Below, piece after piece: positions 28,114-39,434 of a stretch of DNA of 42,808 nt. Within the stretch, counting starts at the first letter, position 1. Every line of letters begins with the position of its first letter. Under the pieces are notes generated by a model. That model ran no database searches. It saw only the letters and a program-made list of their open reading frames with translations, and was not told the origin of the DNA. Source of the DNA: Candidatus Cloacimonadota bacterium (lineage in GTDB: Bacteria; Cloacimonadota; Cloacimonadia; Cloacimonadales; WRIO01); the NCBI GenBank assembly GCA_029564175.1, contig JAKQQL010000169.1, forward strand, positions 1 through 42,808, read 5' to 3'. A program made the position numbers and the translations under genes.

Positions 28114-28818
28114 TTATTTTCCTTTGCCATCGTTTGTATTAACAACCTTTACAAACCGAGTAGCACTTTGTGATGGCCAATCTTTAAGTTTTGCAGTAAT
28201 ATAGGCATTACCAGGGAAAGCACTTTTAAATTGATTAGATGTGTTTCCTAGATTGTTGGTTGAAGTAGAATCAGACACTAATTCTCCAATACTGGCGGTA
28301 TATTTAATATATTTGCTACTTAAAGGAGGCATCATACTCAGGGTTAATTGAGAAATCTGGGTATTGTCTGCATTGATAGTGTCAGGATTTGCTTCAAAAT
28401 TGATAATTTCTGGTAAGGATACACTTATCCCGGTAATTGCACTGACATTCCAGTTTTTAATTTTAACGTTAATATTCGCAGTCCCTGGATTACGGGATAT
28501 AATCTGACCAGTCGCAATGCCACTATCATCAGTTCTAAGCAGTTTTTCATTACCCGTATTACTGATCACTCCAATGACAGACTCATCATAAGTAAGCTCA
28601 ATTAAGGCATTTTTTGTTTGTGAATCGGTGCCATCAAGGGTAACAACGATATTAGCTTCATGATAGGATACCCCATTAATCTCACTGAAATGCGGATAAT
28701 ATATTTTAGATTTGGAGATAGACACCATCATTGTCGGTTTATCATTGTTTCGTGAGTCACAAGCTACTAATAAAAAAGTAGTTAGCACTATCAAGATAAT
28801 GAAAGAGCAGTTTTTCAT
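28114..28818 (-). CDS. Lipoprotein with Big_1/invasin-like Ig domains
   Basis: Lipobox LVAC; TDDSGIAT, ANPDTINADNTQISQLT and TNNLGNTS motifs resemble Big_1 repeats. Confidence 0.65.
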   Translation of the reverse strand: MKNCSFIILIVLTTFLLVACDSRNNDKPTMMVSISKSKIYYPHFSEINGVSYHEANIVVTLDGTDSQTKNALIELTYDESVIGVISNTGNEKLLRTDDSGIATGQIISRNPGTANINVKIKNWNVSAITGISVSLPEIINFEANPDTINADNTQISQLTLSMMPPLSSKYIKYTASIGELVSDSTSTNNLGNTSNQFKSAFPGNAYITAKLKDWPSQSATRFVKVVNTNDGKGK

Positions 28819-28819
28819 A

Positions 28820-29803
28820 TTATTTGCCTTGTGCAATCAGTTTTAAGAAATCAGAAGCGGATTTTCCATATTTAGGATTTTTTTCGACTTGTTGGAAATC
28901 TGCTTTCGCAAGGTCTTTTTTGTTGCTGTAGTAGTATGCTAAAGCTCTGAAATAGATTGCATCTGCATTACTGGATTCATTTTCGATGACAATATTCGCA
29001 TATTTTATGGTGTTAGAATAATCTTTTTTATCGTAGTAGCTTGAAACAAGGAAAAGCGCTACTTTTGGATCAGGCTGAATTGCTAAGACTTTTTCAAAAT
29101 ATTCAATTGCTTTATTGGTATTTTTGAGTTTATTATAAAGAGTACCGAGATTTCTGTAAGTTTTCATCAGGTCAGCTTCGGAGGGATTGCTGGCAAGGAA
29201 ATCTTCGTAAGTTTTGATTGCTTCGGTATTTTGTTTTAATTTTACATATAGGTCGGCAATCTTTTCAAATAGGTCAGAATCTTTGGATTGTTCATAAGCT
29301 TTTTTGTACCAGATGATCGCATTGTTGTAATCTTTCATTCTGTCATAACGGTCAGCAATTGCGAGTTTTGCAGTATTCGTTTTAAATTTTTCTTCGAATT
29401 TGGTTAAAACTTCAAGTGATTTTTGGTTATTTTTTAAAGCAACTGCATATATAACGGAGACATTTTTAACAATATCTTCTCTGTTGGGGTCAAGTTCAAG
29501 GTATTTTTCGCCCCATACAACGGCTTTATCATAGGCTTTTGCAGCGGTAGCAGTGATATAAAGGTTTAAAGAGACTTTTTTAATTTCTTCATCGAAAGGG
29601 GTAAGGTCAGTAATTGCTTCTTTGTATGTATTGAGAGATTTTTCATATTCAGATAAAGCATTGGCATAGTCTTTTATGTTAAAAAGGGAATCAGCAGTGG
29701 TTGCAAATTCAGCGGCAATACGTTCTTTTGATTTTTGAGCAAACAGACCTGAACAAGATATCAGGACTAAGCCTACAACAAATAGTTTTTTTAATGTTTT
29801 CAT
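28820..29803 (-). CDS. Exported TPR protein
   Basis: Signal peptide; TPRs such as YRNLGTLYNKLKNTNKAIEYFEKVLAIQP and AIYFRALAYYY...AKADF. Confidence 0.85.
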   Translation of the reverse strand: MKTLKKLFVVGLVLISCSGLFAQKSKERIAAEFATTADSLFNIKDYANALSEYEKSLNTYKEAITDLTPFDEEIKKVSLNLYITATAAKAYDKAVVWGEKYLELDPNREDIVKNVSVIYAVALKNNQKSLEVLTKFEEKFKTNTAKLAIADRYDRMKDYNNAIIWYKKAYEQSKDSDLFEKIADLYVKLKQNTEAIKTYEDFLASNPSEADLMKTYRNLGTLYNKLKNTNKAIEYFEKVLAIQPDPKVALFLVSSYYDKKDYSNTIKYANIVIENESSNADAIYFRALAYYYSNKKDLAKADFQQVEKNPKYGKSASDFLKLIAQGK

Positions 29804-29841
29804 TTTTCCTCCAGAATATGATTTTAATTAAAATTACTTAC

Positions 29842-29870
29842 AATTTAAGAATGAATTAAGATTTTGTCAA
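29842..29870 (-). promoter_or_regulatory. Putative sigma-70 promoter of the TPR-lipoprotein-tpiA-serS operon
   Basis: TTGACA-17 nt-TAAATT on the minus strand. Confidence 0.45.
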
Positions 29871-29878
29871 TAAGAAAA

Positions 29879-30913
29879 TTAAGAAATTGAATTGAATAAT
29901 AGATTTTGGATGTCAATGACTGGTATATTTTGAAAAAGTGTTTGAATACTATTCAACAGGATGTCGGAATGAAGGTGATTGTTATCGACACTGTAACTGT
30001 TTAAAATAAATGCATTTAAAGGAAAAGGATGTAAAGATTTGATATTTTTTTTAAGGAGAAGCTCCAGATGAAAAGGATTGCACATTAGATGTAACGGATG
30101 TTTGATAATTAAAGTACCCTGAAACTCATTAAAGATATTTTTAAAACGGTTCATGACATGGTCTGTGATCGCACCGGGTATATAAATAATATCAGGGTGA
30201 TGTTTTAAAATAGCTAATAGTTCGCTTTCATTTTTAAAGAAGGAGTGAATTTCAGTCTTTAGCATTTTTTGGTTTATTTGATAAGAAAAACAATTATCAT
30301 CAGCAATATGAATGTCTGAACAGGGGATTCTGGATAAGCAATAGAGCTGTGTTAACTGCTTACTGAGTTGTTCAATATTTCCTACGACAGGGCTTGCCAC
30401 AAGGATAATCTTATTTACTTCAGGAGATAAGGCGACACTTTTTCTGTCAAGAGAACCGTCAATGATGATGTAAGGAATATTTTCAGCCTGAATTTCATGG
30501 CAGAGTTTAATCTGATCTTCCATGTGTAAAGCCCCGAAGATTTCAGTTTCAATGTTTTCTACAGTCTGTGCCAGAAAGATTGCTTGAGATAAGACAGAAA
30601 CAGATAGCTTTTTAATCAGACGAACAGAACCCGGATGATTTTTTATAACAGAGGCAATCGTTGTAAAATAGTTTCCAGCTTTAAGTTTAATTTTAGGTTT
30701 TTTCAAACCTGTTAAAAAGTCGGTATCTTCTCCATCGTGCCCTGTAGTAGTGATTGCCAACTGATAGGGAGATTGATATGATTTAATTAGATAATTAAGG
30801 AAACTGGTCTTTCCAGCATTTTTGGAAAGACCAGCGATGGTTATAATTTTATCATTAGAATCAAACAGAGATTCTTTGATATTAATGATGTCTTTTGTTT
30901 CTCTTGGTATCAT
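29879..30913 (-). CDS. kamB: KamB-like protein of the lysine fermentation cluster (P-loop-like N-terminus)
   Basis: [27 protein letters not shown]...[14 protein letters not shown]; overlaps the kamA 3' end, the position kamB takes in kdd-kamA-kamB clusters. Confidence 0.65.
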   Translation of the reverse strand: MIPRETKDIINIKESLFDSNDKIITIAGLSKNAGKTSFLNYLIKSYQSPYQLAITTTGHDGEDTDFLTGLKKPKIKLKAGNYFTTIASVIKNHPGSVRLIKKLSVSVLSQAIFLAQTVENIETEIFGALHMEDQIKLCHEIQAENIPYIIIDGSLDRKSVALSPEVNKIILVASPVVGNIEQLSKQLTQLYCLSRIPCSDIHIADDNCFSYQINQKMLKTEIHSFFKNESELLAILKHHPDIIYIPGAITDHVMNRFKNIFNEFQGTLIIKHPLHLMCNPFHLELLLKKNIKSLHPFPLNAFILNSYSVDNNHLHSDILLNSIQTLFQNIPVIDIQNLLFNSIS

Positions 30914-32135
30914 TAGGACCTATAGAAATTTTTTCACCTCTGAGCAGTGTCATGACGCCGTCATCAGATTTACGTTCCTGAGGGCAGAAACCATTATATT
31001 TAGCGGTATCCTGTTTTTCAAATCCAGGTTCAGTATAAGTGGTGATAAAGCCTTCATAATTTCTTAAAATCCATCTGTCAGGCGCCATAGAAATGGTATA
31101 ATTTGGCATCACCGGAATTTTCCCGCCACCACCAGGTGCATCGACCACAAAGAGTGGCTGACATAATCCTGAAGTATGACCTCTGAGAGATTCCATAATT
31201 TCAATACCTTTAGAGATTGGGGTACGGAAATGAGAAATACCATTGGATAAATCACACTGGTAAATATAATAAGGTCTAACTCTGTTTTTTACAAGTTGAT
31301 GCACTAAATTTTTCATAACATCCACGTGATCATTGATGCCTTTTAGTAAAACTGACTGGTTGCCAAGAACAATGCCATTATCAGCAAGCTTAGCTAAGGC
31401 TTTCATCGCTTCGGGCGTCATTTCATTCGGATGATTGAAGTGGGTATTAAACCAGATAGGTGGATATTTTTTTAATACATTGATTAAATTATCCGTAATT
31501 CTTTGAGGTAACACAACCGGAGTACGAGAACCAATTCTGATGATATCCACATGATCGATCGCATAAATTTTAGCAATAATTTCATCTAATCTTTCATCAG
31601 ATAATGTTAAGGGATCGCCACCACTGAGAATAACGTCGCGAACTTCGGGTGTATTACGAATGTAATCAATCGCTTTGTCAATCTGATCCATTGGCATTGC
31701 TGCATCATGTTCACCGGCAGTTCTTCTGCGTGTACAGTGACGGCAATACATAGAACACTGATCAGTAAGCAATAAAAGGGTACGGTCAGGATACCGGTGA
31801 GTTAACCCGGGAGTTGGTGAATCTGTATCTTCGTGAAGCGGATCAGACATATCTGATTCAGAAATATAAGATTCCTGAATACGGGGAATGGCTTGTAAAC
31901 GAACGGGGTCATTTGGATTAGATTCATCAATAATAGATAAATAATAAGGGGTAATCGCCATACGAAAAGAGAATTTTTCATTATGAAAAACAGCTTCTTC
32001 TTCAGGTAAAAGAGTGATGTATTTTTTTAATTCATCAAGAGTTGTGATACGATGTTTTAATTGCCAACGCCAATCGTTCCATTCTTCTGGTGTACCGATT
32101 GCTTTGATTTTTTTCTCAACATCAGAATCTGACAT
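30882..32135 (-). CDS. kamA: Lysine 2,3-aminomutase (radical SAM, PLP)
   Basis: [62 protein letters not shown]. Confidence 0.95.
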   Translation of the reverse strand: MSDSDVEKKIKAIGTPEEWNDWRWQLKHRITTLDELKKYITLLPEEEAVFHNEKFSFRMAITPYYLSIIDESNPNDPVRLQAIPRIQESYISESDMSDPLHEDTDSPTPGLTHRYPDRTLLLLTDQCSMYCRHCTRRRTAGEHDAAMPMDQIDKAIDYIRNTPEVRDVILSGGDPLTLSDERLDEIIAKIYAIDHVDIIRIGSRTPVVLPQRITDNLINVLKKYPPIWFNTHFNHPNEMTPEAMKALAKLADNGIVLGNQSVLLKGINDHVDVMKNLVHQLVKNRVRPYYIYQCDLSNGISHFRTPISKGIEIMESLRGHTSGLCQPLFVVDAPGGGGKIPVMPNYTISMAPDRWILRNYEGFITTYTEPGFEKQDTAKYNGFCPQERKSDDGVMTLLRGEKISIGPNDTKRNKRHH

Positions 32136-32163
32136 GTGTCCTCCAAATTTCTATTCAATGGAA

Positions 32164-32289
32164 TGTCGTGAGTCGAAACTCACGACAAATTGTTATTTTA
32201 AAAAGCAGAAAGAAATCGTACTGCAAGCATCTTGCTTGCAGAAATGGCTACAAGCGAGACGCTTGTAGTACGATTTGTTAATCATTGAT
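32164..32289. repeat. REP-like hairpin cluster in the kdd-kamA spacer
   Basis: Hairpin tgtcgtgagt-cgaa-actcacgaca (32164-32187); inverted pair cgtactgcaagcatcttgcttgcag / ctacaagcgagacgcttgtagtacg (about 32217-32272). Confidence 0.75.
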
Positions 32290-33341
32290 TACATATATCT
32301 TTCTTCAAAGATTTTCATTAAGGTTGCATTTCTTCTTAATAAGTCGATAGAAATCAATGCGTGATCATGAGCGTAACCATTTCCAAGGATCATATCGACG
32401 TCTGCGCCAATACCTTCAGCACCTAATGCTGCTTTAGTAAATGAGGTAGCCATAGAGAAGAAATAAACTAAACCACGGTCTTTAGAAGCCATGATAGTAG
32501 CCATTTCAGTATCTTCTACGTTAACACAGTTGATGACAACATCAGCCATTTTACCATTGGTAAGGCGAGATACTTCAGCCTGAATTGTAATTGCATCTGT
32601 TGCATCAGCAATAATCACTTCATCACAGCCTGTTTCGTGGCAGGTAGAAGCATATGAATCTTTTCTGACAATGCCAATCACTTTACCTGAAACGCCGGTT
32701 CTTTCTTTAGCGATTGCATTACATAAAACGCCTGATTTACCGTTAGCACCAAGAATAACCACATTGTCGCCAGGTTTTACTAATCTCTGTACTTGTGCTG
32801 GAGCACCTGCAACGTCTAAAACAGATAAAGCCAGATTTTCATTCATATCATCTGGTAATTTTGCATAAATACCAGAGCTGAAAAGAATTGCTTCGCCATC
32901 AATTTCAACCTGATCTTTGTCCAGATAAACTTTTTTTACTTCATTGACTTTTAAAGGAGTCAGAGAAAGAGAAACCAGAGAAGCGACTTTATCTCCAACT
33001 TTAATGGTTTCTTTCATTTCAAAATTTGGACCGATTTCTTTAACAACACCAATTAACATACCACCTGAACCGGTATCTTCATTTTTATGTTTACCTGTAC
33101 GGCTGGTTAAATCAATCACGTGGTCAGCAAATGCTTTTTCTAAATCAGTATGACCTTGTTTTTCCAGTTTGGTTTTAATCTGATGGAAGGAAGCAGAGTC
33201 AACATTTAAACGAATAACGTCTAATTTTAATTCATTATCCCAAATTTCCATATCATTATCAATTACTCTTGCAGGTTGTGGTAAAACACCCTTTGGTTCG
33301 ATTACACGATGTGTTCCGTAGCGGTTGCCTCCAGTTTTCAT
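32289..33341 (-). CDS. kdd: L-erythro-3,5-diaminohexanoate dehydrogenase
   Basis: YGTHRVIEPKGVLPQPA, LNVDSASF, TGSGGMLIG, SLVSLSLTPL, LDVAGAPAQ, FFSMATSFTKAALGAEG; upstream of kamA. Confidence 0.93.
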   Translation of the reverse strand: MKTGGNRYGTHRVIEPKGVLPQPARVIDNDMEIWDNELKLDVIRLNVDSASFHQIKTKLEKQGHTDLEKAFADHVIDLTSRTGKHKNEDTGSGGMLIGVVKEIGPNFEMKETIKVGDKVASLVSLSLTPLKVNEVKKVYLDKDQVEIDGEAILFSSGIYAKLPDDMNENLALSVLDVAGAPAQVQRLVKPGDNVVILGANGKSGVLCNAIAKERTGVSGKVIGIVRKDSYASTCHETGCDEVIIADATDAITIQAEVSRLTNGKMADVVINCVNVEDTEMATIMASKDRGLVYFFSMATSFTKAALGAEGIGADVDMILGNGYAHDHALISIDLLRRNATLMKIFEERYM

Positions 33342-33478
33342 AACTGTCCTCCTTCTTTTAATGTACTTCTAAAATCAAATTTTTCTGTAATCATTCTCTC
33401 TGTCAATAAAATTATTCAAAAAAATGAGAAAAGAGCTCAAATTTCTTTGAACTCCTGACTAATTCTGTAATGATTCTT

Positions 33479-36400
33479 CTATTTTAAGAGTAACAATTTT
33501 TTTATCTGGCTAGCATTACTGGATTTGAACTGACAGAAATAAATACCCGAACTCAGGGCTTTTCTGTTTTTTTCAGCATCCCATTTAATAGAATGAGTCC
33601 CTTTTTTCAGCTTACCAGAAAACAGATTTTCTACTAACTGCCCCTTCACATTGAATATATTGATTTCACAATCTGTTTCTTTTTCAAGATTAAACATGAT
33701 ATCGGTCATTGGGTTGAATGGGTTAGGATAATTTCTGAGATTTAAATACTGAACAGGTTGTGCAGAATTGTCATCATAAGTAAGTGGGAAATTACTGACA
33801 TTAGCAGTTCTTTGATTGTTTCCACGGTACACAGGCCAATCAGAAGAATTGAATGGGATTCTGGTATCCAGATAATTCATTTTTTTAAATGAAGGGATAA
33901 GAATGTCTAAGTTGTTTGGTTCATCAATCGCAGAGATAGTAGGAGTTAAACGGTTTTCCATATTTAGATTGATGGTTTTTTCACTAATGAGTTCTCCATT
34001 TACATTGTAGAATTGGATAGTTCCATTGGTACTTGTTATCATAACTTCATCTGTATCATCTCCGTTAATATCGACAGAAACTGGTGAAGGGTCAAGTAAG
34101 GTTTCACAATTGATTTCAAATAATATCTGTCCAAATCCATTAATACAGGTAATTTTTCCATCCACAGTCGTATAAACAAAGACAGTCTGATCGTTGTTTT
34201 TAACTGGAATAGGACCACCAGAAACAGAATTAGATGTGGCTATGGATGTAACAAAATCATTTGATTTTCGGATAATACTGATACGATTGCCATTCGTTCT
34301 GTTTCCGCTGATGATGATTGATTCATTTTCGCCCGTGTTATCTGATAAAACAATAGGTCCGTTCATAGAAACACCTGAGTACTGGTAAGGGAAAGGCGCA
34401 AACTGATTAAGTGCTCCGTTAGGCGAAATTGCATGCAGGATGCCATTATTATTAGCAATGTACAGAACACCACTTTTCCCAACAGCGATAGGACTAACAG
34501 TCGCAGCATCAAAGCTGATAGGATAGTTTGTATTAAGAGTTACTCCATCGTTTTTAAGACTGTAAACTTTTCTTTGAATTGTTCCAAAAACGATGTCTTT
34601 AGTTCCATCCAGATTGTGGTCTGCAATGAGAGGTGTAATGCGAATAAGTCCTTCAGCGGTAAAAGTAGATAAAACTTGACCATTTCCAGAAATTCTGAAT
34701 ACTTTGTTACCTGAGCATACGACGATTTCTTTACTATTTGACTGTTCTAAGATAGAAACCGGTGCATAACAAACCGCATTTAATGAGACAGGAAAACCAT
34801 CAAGCAGAACAGCATTTTTATCCATTGCATAAACTTTTCCCTGATTGTCGTTAAAAATAATTTCTTTTTCTCCATCATTATTGATATCATCAATCACTGG
34901 TGAAAAATAAGTCGCCTGATCATTAATATATGGCCAATTCGCTCTCATACAGGTTACAGGTATCTGTAAATCAAATTGATCATTATATACATAAGGATTC
35001 TGCTGATTTGCGTTTAAGATGACAGTAAATTCCGCATTTTGAATCACAGGAAAATCATTGGAAACAGCAAATGAGAATTTATCTTCTGATTGAATACTTT
35101 CACCGGCTGCTAGTGAATTGATACTGATTAAAGAATCTGTAATAGTGATCATTGGATTGTCTGAACGTAGTTTTAAAACTAAATTTGAAGCAGGTAACCA
35201 GTTTTGTCTGTTTTTCAGGTTTAGTTTAACCTGAACATTTTCTCCAGGATTAACCATTGCATTATTGTTACCTTCTATCTCAGTGACTTCATAGCTGAGC
35301 ATTTCCACATAAGGTAGTTTGTCATACATCAATGAATTGTATGCATTTACTCTGCCTGCACCTAATTTTCCAATATATTGCGGATTGACACTATCAATAT
35401 CATCACAACCAGCCTGTAAACGCTCTTTAAGCTGCATAGGTGTTAATTCTGGATGCATTGATTTGATGAGGCCAGCAACACCTGCTGCTACTGGGGAAGC
35501 CATAGACGTTCCCTGGTAACCAGTATAGGAATTATTGCCTTCCATTGTATAAACAGTTGAAAGTATTGATACTCCAGGCGCAGATACATCAATAGGCGTT
35601 CCATAATTTGAAAAACTGGCTTTTGTATCGTTAATGTCTGTAGCAGCTACGCTGACTGCATCTATAGCATCAGAAGGATAGTAATGGTAATATGTATTAT
35701 CGGTGTTGTCGTTTGATGCTGCACAAATCATTAAAGCGCCGTGATCTTTTGCGTATGTCGCTGCTGTATTGGCAATTTCTGATCCACCACCGCCTCCCCA
35801 GCTGCAGTTGATAATGTGGGCTCCACTGTCAGCACAGTAATAAACCCCCTGGTAACCATTGTAGATAAAATTAGTTCCATAATTACTTGGCTGATGTTTA
35901 GTCGCCATAATTTTTACATTATAAGCCGGTCCAACAACGCCAATACCATTATCACCGGTTGCCGCTGCACATCCAGCAACATGAGTACCGTGGTCATTAC
36001 CATTGAAAGACTGATAAGGATTATTGTCTTCGTTATCACCGGTTGCAAAAAAATCCCAACCAAAAATATCATCTATATAACCGTTTCCATCGTTATCAAT
36101 TCCATCCCCACCGAGAATTTCTCCTGTTTCCTGATTGATTGTTACACCTGCCATTTCTGCAGAATTGACCCACATATTGTTATAAAGGTCAGGATGATTC
36201 CATTTCACACCACTATCTACAATACCGATGATAGTGCTTGCACTGCCTGTTTCATAATTCCAGGCACGGAAGGCATCAATATTGGTTAAAGCCCATTGAG
36301 AAATAATATACGGATCGTTGGGAGTATAGGATAGTTTTATAATTGGATCGTATTCGACAAAAATGAAGTCTGAAATCTCGTGTAATTCTTTATATAATAA

Positions 36401-36736
36401 CTCGACTTGATCCTCTTTTTTAAATTCTATCTGAAAGATATTCATAGGGTAAATCCCGTTTCGATTCCAGTTAGTATCTTTCACTTTGTATAGTCTTTTT
36501 AGTGAATAAACCTGATATTTACTAAATAACTGATTTAATTGCTTTGAAGCTGTTTTTACAATACCGTTTTCAATGGAGAATTCCAAATTCCCTTTGGTAT
36601 TTCCTAGAAAATCCTTTGTAAAACAGATATTTAAACTGTTTGAATAATGATTTTTGGAATTAAACTGTTCAACTCCTGATCCCATCAGCAGTACAAACAG
36701 ACTGAACATCAATATTATTGAGCTTATTTTCTTCAT
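33479..36736 (-). CDS. Secreted subtilisin-like (S8) serine protease with FG-GAP-like repeats and C-terminal sorting domain
   Basis: Catalytic triad motifs IGIVDSG, DHGTHVAG and GTSMASP; DINNDGEKEI, DHNLDGTKDI and DINGDDTDEV repeats; NYPNPFNP...IFNVKGQLV...SSGIYF...KKLLLLK. Confidence 0.9.
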   Translation of the reverse strand: MKKISSIILMFSLFVLLMGSGVEQFNSKNHYSNSLNICFTKDFLGNTKGNLEFSIENGIVKTASKQLNQLFSKYQVYSLKRLYKVKDTNWNRNGIYPMNIFQIEFKKEDQVELLYKELHEISDFIFVEYDPIIKLSYTPNDPYIISQWALTNIDAFRAWNYETGSASTIIGIVDSGVKWNHPDLYNNMWVNSAEMAGVTINQETGEILGGDGIDNDGNGYIDDIFGWDFFATGDNEDNNPYQSFNGNDHGTHVAGCAAATGDNGIGVVGPAYNVKIMATKHQPSNYGTNFIYNGYQGVYYCADSGAHIINCSWGGGGGSEIANTAATYAKDHGALMICAASNDNTDNTYYHYYPSDAIDAVSVAATDINDTKASFSNYGTPIDVSAPGVSILSTVYTMEGNNSYTGYQGTSMASPVAAGVAGLIKSMHPELTPMQLKERLQAGCDDIDSVNPQYIGKLGAGRVNAYNSLMYDKLPYVEMLSYEVTEIEGNNNAMVNPGENVQVKLNLKNRQNWLPASNLVLKLRSDNPMITITDSLISINSLAAGESIQSEDKFSFAVSNDFPVIQNAEFTVILNANQQNPYVYNDQFDLQIPVTCMRANWPYINDQATYFSPVIDDINNDGEKEIIFNDNQGKVYAMDKNAVLLDGFPVSLNAVCYAPVSILEQSNSKEIVVCSGNKVFRISGNGQVLSTFTAEGLIRITPLIADHNLDGTKDIVFGTIQRKVYSLKNDGVTLNTNYPISFDAATVSPIAVGKSGVLYIANNNGILHAISPNGALNQFAPFPYQYSGVSMNGPIVLSDNTGENESIIISGNRTNGNRISIIRKSNDFVTSIATSNSVSGGPIPVKNNDQTVFVYTTVDGKITCINGFGQILFEINCETLLDPSPVSVDINGDDTDEVMITSTNGTIQFYNVNGELISEKTINLNMENRLTPTISAIDEPNNLDILIPSFKKMNYLDTRIPFNSSDWPVYRGNNQRTANVSNFPLTYDDNSAQPVQYLNLRNYPNPFNPMTDIMFNLEKETDCEINIFNVKGQLVENLFSGKLKKGTHSIKWDAEKNRKALSSGIYFCQFKSSNASQIKKLLLLK

Positions 36737-37102
36737 TAGCCCTCCTTTATAATTGTGATTTATTTTTTTGTAAAAATCGTGTCAAGGGCTTATTGCTGAT
36801 TTTCAAAAAAAGTTAACGTTTCAGGATATCGATCGAATATTCTTTTATGATAACCTCATAGAAAAACTAAAAAAAATAGGATTAAAATCATATCTTTCTC
36901 TTTTCTATCCTGTAGAAAGTTCTATTTTCGAAGGATTATATTTTCTTTGTTGGCTACTGAATGATGAGTGTTTCAATCTGCTATTCAAAGCTGATATTGG
37001 GCATTTCGTATGATTTTTCAAATTCATTTTAACAGTTTATATACTAGCTGAAAGATTGTCTCTCTTACTTAAAAATAACAAACGGATTTCTTGTATTCTA
37101 AT

Positions 37103-37130
37103 AAAAAAAAGCCCGTATCGAATACGGGCT
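37103..37130 (-). terminator. Intrinsic terminator
   Basis: Hairpin agcccgtat-cga-atacgggct with an 8-A run (U-tail on the minus strand). Confidence 0.85.
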
Positions 37131-37179
37131 AATATTTGAGGTATCATTTGTAAAATACAACAATACCTTAAAGGATGAA

Positions 37180-39417
37180 TTATTTCAGCATAATGACTTT
37201 CTTGCTGATTGTATCATTTGCAGAAGATGCTTTGATAAAATAAATGCCTGAAGGCATTGTTTTACCTTGATTGTCCTGACCATTCCAGGTAAGTTTGAGT
37301 GATTTTTCAGAAGAATACTGGTTGAACAATGAAGCGACTTTTTGTCCTCTGATATTGAAAATATTAACCTGAATCAGTTCATTCTTGTTGTTTTGACGGT
37401 TAAATTCAATCGTAACTGATGGGTTAAATGGATTTGGATAAGTCTGCAATACAATTGATTTTGGTTTAACAATAGATTCTTCATCATTTGATAACCAGTC
37501 ATTGAACTGACCATTTCCGCCGTAAGCACCCATATCATTACGAACTGTACCTAACGAAGGATAAAGTGCATTTCCTGGAGAAGCAGGATTTTCCACGTCA
37601 TTATACTGAACATCAGGATTACCTGCATCAATACATGGTGAGCCTGCTTGCAGTTTCCATCCATAATAATCGCCGTAGCCTTGATAACCATCCACGTCAG
37701 TTGGGTTGACAAACATCGCATCAGCGCTGATATTTCCTGTCCCCTCATAGGTTTCTGAAAGATTTGAATAAGAAATATCAAAAGTTCCATTTGCATTATA
37801 AATCGTAGTCAGTCCCTGAACAATACTATTCATAACTGATACCTGAGAGCCAGTATTCAAAATCTGAGCACCTGGTGTGTTGGAATTGGTATTTTTTGCG
37901 ATAGTATTGTTTATTATACTGACTGTTGAAGTATTTTTTGCCATAACAGCACCTGCATTACGACCTGTATTATTCACAATTACATTGTTTTTTAATGTAA
38001 CATTGCTACCAGAAATGCCAATAGCACCCGCATTATTTGTTGCGTAATTATTAGCAAAGATTGATTTTTCTATTGTTACTGTACTTGTGGCTGTAATGTC
38101 AAGTGCTCCAGCTGTAGCTGTACCTGTATTATCATTGAAGAAACAGGAGTTGATTAATACATTCGAAGCATTGATTTTCAGTGCACTGCTTGATGCATTG
38201 TTAAAACGGCAGTTTTTAAAGATGTTTTCATTATTAGAGTTTAAGATTGAAACACCTTTCCAGAAAAAATCTGAAGTAAATAATATCGGACTACTTTCTG
38301 TTCCACTTGCGTTAAGTGTACCATTTACAGTTAGTTGCTTCTGTTCTCCAAAGCTAATCTGAGTACCAGGAAGGATTGTCAGTGTTGCTCCTGCTGGAAC
38401 AGTTACATCATCTGTTACATGATAAACACCATATTCTGGTTTCCAGATGCCTTGAGCAGTTCCATTGACATTATCAGTGTCATAAACAGTAATCATATTT
38501 GTTTTAGTGGTCGTATGAGTACCTTCACCATCTGAAACGGTTAATGAAACTGAATAGGTACCAGCTTCTTGATAAGTATAAGATGGATTTTGTTCGTATG
38601 AATCGATGTTTCCATCATTATCAAAATCCCATTGCCATTCAAGTACTCCGCCTTCAGGAAGTGAGTAGTCAGTGAAGTTGACTGTCAGATCTCTTACACC
38701 ACTGGTAACATCAGCTGTAAAAATTGACATTAAACCTGAAAAACCGGTTTGAGTTGCCTGAAATACTTTTTTATCACCTGACCATGTTTGAACAAATGAA
38801 ACCGCTTTGATATCCTGTAAGTTCCATGCAGGATTCATCGCAAAGCTGGCTGTATATTCCTGACTTTGGCCAGTTTGATTTAATGCAAATGCCTGTTCGT
38901 GATAAGCAACAGCTAAAAATCTGTATGATCCAGGTGTGTGCTTGGTTAAAACAGTGATGAGTTTGTTGTTGGATTCAGTAATATTGGCAGTAACAGTCAC
39001 GTTGGTTGTTACGACAAACTGATTACTGGTGTTAATATCCATTTCAGAGGACATTTCCAGAGGACTCACTCTACTCATAATTGCATTGTATCTTTGAAGA
39101 TAAGTACTGTACATGGAAGTCCCGCCTCCACCTACAACATTCACATTTCCTGCAAAACGTGCATCCGGAACCCCGTTGCCGCCATACCAGGATAATCTTG
39201 CTCCACCATTGGGAGAGGTGACAGTGGATCCAGTGTACCAGGTGATTGGTATCACATTAGGATGCCCGTCATATAACTGTTCCAGCCCTAACTGAGCGGA
39301 TGGACAATATGGGCAACTCGTCGATTTGAAAATCTCTGAGAGCACATTGATCTGAGTTGCACTCAAGGTCCACATGAACAGCATACTGCATAATAATAGC
39401 AGTAAGGCTTTTTTCAT
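37180..39417 (-). CDS. Secreted multidomain protein: Omp28-like/thioredoxin CxxC domain + PKD + parallel beta-helix + C-terminal sorting domain
   Basis: EIFKSTSCPYCP...GVPDARFAG; PKD WQWDFDNDG...NPSYTY...GTYSVSLTV; Asn-rich beta-helix, GSPCIDAG...RNDMGAYGG; TYPNPFNP CTD. Confidence 0.8.
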   Translation of the reverse strand: MKKALLLLLCSMLFMWTLSATQINVLSEIFKSTSCPYCPSAQLGLEQLYDGHPNVIPITWYTGSTVTSPNGGARLSWYGGNGVPDARFAGNVNVVGGGGTSMYSTYLQRYNAIMSRVSPLEMSSEMDINTSNQFVVTTNVTVTANITESNNKLITVLTKHTPGSYRFLAVAYHEQAFALNQTGQSQEYTASFAMNPAWNLQDIKAVSFVQTWSGDKKVFQATQTGFSGLMSIFTADVTSGVRDLTVNFTDYSLPEGGVLEWQWDFDNDGNIDSYEQNPSYTYQEAGTYSVSLTVSDGEGTHTTTKTNMITVYDTDNVNGTAQGIWKPEYGVYHVTDDVTVPAGATLTILPGTQISFGEQKQLTVNGTLNASGTESSPILFTSDFFWKGVSILNSNNENIFKNCRFNNASSSALKINASNVLINSCFFNDNTGTATAGALDITATSTVTIEKSIFANNYATNNAGAIGISGSNVTLKNNVIVNNTGRNAGAVMAKNTSTVSIINNTIAKNTNSNTPGAQILNTGSQVSVMNSIVQGLTTIYNANGTFDISYSNLSETYEGTGNISADAMFVNPTDVDGYQGYGDYYGWKLQAGSPCIDAGNPDVQYNDVENPASPGNALYPSLGTVRNDMGAYGGNGQFNDWLSNDEESIVKPKSIVLQTYPNPFNPSVTIEFNRQNNKNELIQVNIFNIRGQKVASLFNQYSSEKSLKLTWNGQDNQGKTMPSGIYFIKASSANDTISKKVIMLK

Positions 39418-39434
39418 GAATAACTCCTTTCGTT

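Noticed and set aside
35816..36289. 157-aa plus-strand ORF and similar antisense ORFs inside long genes (e.g. 25578-25955, 4501-4806, 11793-12140)
   Set aside because: They are antisense to well-supported genes and carry no motifs.
39290..39330. Selenocysteine in the Omp28-like CxxC motif or in the Xdh operon
   Set aside because: The motif is encoded by TGC and TGT, and the operon ORFs are full length without in-frame TGA.
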